Below, one piece after another: positions 61,200 through 64,000 of a DNA stretch of 64,000 nucleotides. The notes beneath the pieces were generated by a model. It saw only the letters and a list, made by a program, of their open reading frames with translations. It searched no databases and had not been told where the DNA came from. The DNA comes from Eledone cirrhosa (Eukaryota), in contig OZ024743.1 of NCBI GenBank assembly GCA_964016885.1, positions 55,738,001 to 55,802,000 on the forward strand, read 5' to 3'. The translations under genes were made by a program, and so were the position numbers. The number at the start of each line of letters is the position of its first letter. The stretch's first letter is position 1.

Positions 61200-63120
61200 C
61201 TCAATGTTTACCATTGACTGACCAACGGTCAAAAATACAGATATAATATAGATACAAACACATATATATAGTCTAACAAAGTTCTTTCGTTGCACATCTG
61301 CAACATCGTCAGTGGTGCTATTATGTTTCCTCCTGTTGTATTGTATGTCTACGCCATCTTTATTTAATCTGTTTATTTATTTATTTATTTATTTTTATCT
61401 TCTTCTCTGCGCATGCGTTTGCGTGTGTGTATAGTGTTTGATGTGTGTTCGCGTTTGGGTGACTGTGTTTTAAGTTTACGAGTGTGTGTTTATATGTGTT
61501 TGTTGTTATTGTGCTTGTCTATATATTTATTTATCTATTTATTTATATTTCTCTTAGGTCAGTATTGCTTGTTTGGGTGTTGTTATTCCATTCATTTTTT
61601 CTGTTTAGCTTTGACCTTCTATGTTCTATTTCACTGGCCTCTCTGATTTGCCTATCTGCTGGGTCATTTCTATGTTTAATATTATTTTAATTTCTATGTT
61701 GTCTATGTTACCGTCATGTTGTTGTCTGGCATGTTCGTATAGTACTGAACCATTTTTTCTTCCTTTTAGTTCCACCCAGTGTTGGTCTATCCTTTCACTT
61801 ATGCTACGAGCTGTCTCGCCTATGTATGTTTTTGTCATGTTTCTGCAAGTACCCTCTGTACATCTTATGCTATAGACTACGTTTCTAGTTTTACAGTTTA
61901 TCCAGGGGTTAACTTTACATATAATACATTTCCTATTAGTACAGTGGGTTTTCTTAAAAGGGTATGTTTTGCTGATCAGGGATTTTATGGTGGTTCCTGG
62001 CTTTTCTACCACCTTAATCTTTAGGTGGGTCTTTCTCAGGGCCTTTCTACACTGCTTAGCTAATTTCCCTCCAGGGGTAGCGTCCACGAACATGACACTC
62101 TGGTATCTCTAGTTGTCATACCATGAGGTGGCTTTCCCTATCTTATGTTTAGTCCTATCTAAACTATTCCATGATTTGCTCCTGTATAATGGGCAAATTC
62201 CTTTCATGACCAGTTCTATGAGGGTCTTATACTTACCCGTGGCTCCTTCGTATACTCTGATTCTGTCTCTTTGGTTGATGAAGTGTTGGAGGTGTCTTTC
62301 CATTTTTGTTGGGTCGCACATGCGGGACAAGTTCTTCATCACTCGTACCAAGTCTGCGATCAGAATATTAAACTTAGCACTACTGGACATTGCTGAGTTC
62401 TTGAGTATCAGATATTTGGAGGCCATGGGTTTAGTGTAGTGTGAGTGAAGAATTTGGGCTATCCCGTCTATAGTGTTAATCCAGAGTTCCGTGTCTAATA
62501 CAGGTAGTCTATTGTTAAGGTGTCCTTATTACTATATTAATGTCGTCTACATAACGAGAGTACATGATGAGGTCTATGGAGCTCTCATCAAGGAGATCTT
62601 TGAGTCTCCTTTCCCACCATACCATAAAAAGGTTGGCAACGTCACCAGCTATGCTGACGCCAATGGCTGCTCCCTCATTTTGGGTGTAGATCTTCTCGTT
62701 GAATTTGAATATGTGGCCTTTTAGGGTAGTTTTAATACTAGCCCCTATTGCATGTGCGACCATTTTTCTTACCTGATCATTGTTTTGGGGGGTCCGTATG
62801 GCTTTGGTCCACCAATCCACCTTCCCATGGGAGTCTTTTTTGCCATTGAGGTTATGGTGGTAGGGTCTACCTCTTATGGGTCTATTGGGGCAGAAACGGC
62901 TAAGGTCATGGCTGTCTAGGTAGTCAATGTCATAAGTAAGTCTAAGTAGGAGGCCCAGTTCGTCTGTGGCGACGTCGCAGAACTCGACCTCACTCTCACT
63001 GATTATCTCCAAACATTTTTCCACACCAAAATCAATGTTAATGGATGGGTGTAGTGATACCACGTCCATACTGCCTATTATGCAGTTGGATGGTTTTTGC
63101 TTTTGTTGCACTCACTGATT
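61200..63120 (-). mobile_element. Penelope-like element: RT, thumb, Cys-rich linker, GIY-YIG, pLTR with HHR (61275-61316)
   Basis: GSMDVVSLHPSI, QNEGAAIG...ANLFM, YSRYVDD, CTNRKCIIC, NVVYSIRC...TYIGETAR; frameshifted; CTGACGA-T-GTTGCA-gatg-TGCAAC-GAAA. Confidence 0.93.
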
Positions 63121-63136
63121 CTGCTGATATATATAT

Positions 63137-63358
63137 AAATATTTATTAAAATACCAGATTAAAGTTTAAGCAAAGAATCGCTGCTTTTACCCTTAACGGG
63201 ATCTTCTGAAACTCAGAAGATCCCGTTAAGGATGAAAGCAGCGATTCTTTGCTTAAACTTTAATCTGTTATTTTAATAAATATTTGCTCTACGGTTCTTA
63301 TATATTTGATATATATTTATCCTTATCGAGCCCGCTTTGGATTTTAGTCTTCAAATTT
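63137..63358 (+). mobile_element. Fold-back element (73-bp arms, 3-nt loop) plus tail, with HHR 3' half
   Basis: 63137-63209 pairs with 63213-63285; ATCC..GGAT-GAA-AGCA..TGCT-T; related fragment at 27350-27410. Confidence 0.8.
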
Positions 63359-63367
63359 ATTATTATT

Positions 63368-63545
63368 ATGGCAGTATCTGTAGAAGGTCGGACGCCATGC
63401 TTTGACGCATAGAGTTACGACCCTTGCCATTCTGAGTTCAAATCCCGCCGAGGTTAACTTTGCCTTTCATCCTTATGGGATCGATAAAATAAAGTACCAG
63501 TAATACACTGGGTAATTGCTGGCCTTGTGCCAAAAGTAGAAACAA
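63368..63545 (+). mobile_element. SINE with Meta/Nin-like domain
   Basis: Matches 22770-22985. Confidence 0.85.
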
Positions 63546-63570
63546 ATATATATATATATATATATAAATA

Positions 63571-63746
63571 AATACAATATCGGAGAAAGCTTTTTAGCGA
63601 TACTCCGGCCAAATTCCAACTCACTCAACAAACATTAGGAAATAAGTGATTATATTCCCAATTATGCGTTCGGGTTGCTAACTAAAAGTATTGCGTGGAA
63701 AATTGCCTGTATTATTTCATATGAGACATATCGAATATATCTCTTC

Positions 63747-63749
<3 letters not shown>
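63571..63749 (-). mobile_element. Diverged copy of 26303-26490 between (TA)n tracts
   Basis: Shared TATGTCTCATAT.AAATAATACA, TAGTTAGCA.CCC.AACG, CCTAATGTTTGTTGAGTGAG.TGGAA, CGGAGTAT.GCT.AAAGCTTTCTC. Confidence 0.85.
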
Positions 63750-63786
<37 letters not shown>

Positions 63787-63877
63787 CAAAGGAATTGTGG
63801 TAAGGAACCAGATGGATTATAACGCACCAGAGTACTCAATACTTAGGGTAGTAGAGTGGAAATAGGAAAAAGTATGA

Positions 63878-63986
63878 CCCCGACGGCAGAGCTCAAGCCG
63901 TTTCGACGACTATTTCTGGACTAAATTAGAATTTTTAGCCTGGTGAATAAATAGCCGAACTTGGGAAGATCGTAGTTGTCAAGAGG
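63878..63986 (-). ncRNA. Hammerhead ribozyme with U3-A8 core and long stem II insert
   Basis: CCTC-TTGACAA-ctACGAT...GTCGTc-GAA-ACGGC-ttGAGCTCt-GCCGT-C-GGGG. Confidence 0.65.
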
Positions 63987-64000
63987 ATTGGTTAAAATTT

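Overview
Eukaryotic, AT-rich, microsatellite-saturated genomic DNA. The SINE repertoire and repeat load suggest a coleoid cephalopod such as Octopus (inference). I see no intact host protein-coding gene; most listed ORFs are translations of simple repeats. Recognisable content: decayed non-LTR retrotransposons (R4/Dong-like in a (TACA)n tract, Tx1-like, three RTE fragments, one CRE-like end), Penelope-like element (PLE) fragments with RT and/or GIY-YIG, and many tRNA-derived SINEs. Two signals stand out. (1) A dense set of short non-coding elements sits in (TA)n tracts as fold-back palindromes or partial tandem repeats. They carry hammerhead ribozyme (HHR) folds with base-pair covariation, U3-A8 core variants and branched stem II, and one copy starts at its family's predicted self-cleavage site. 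(2) A cluster of highly structured, covarying non-coding modules is embedded in (TACA)n repeats next to the R4-like LINE. All folds and alignments were done by eye and are untested.
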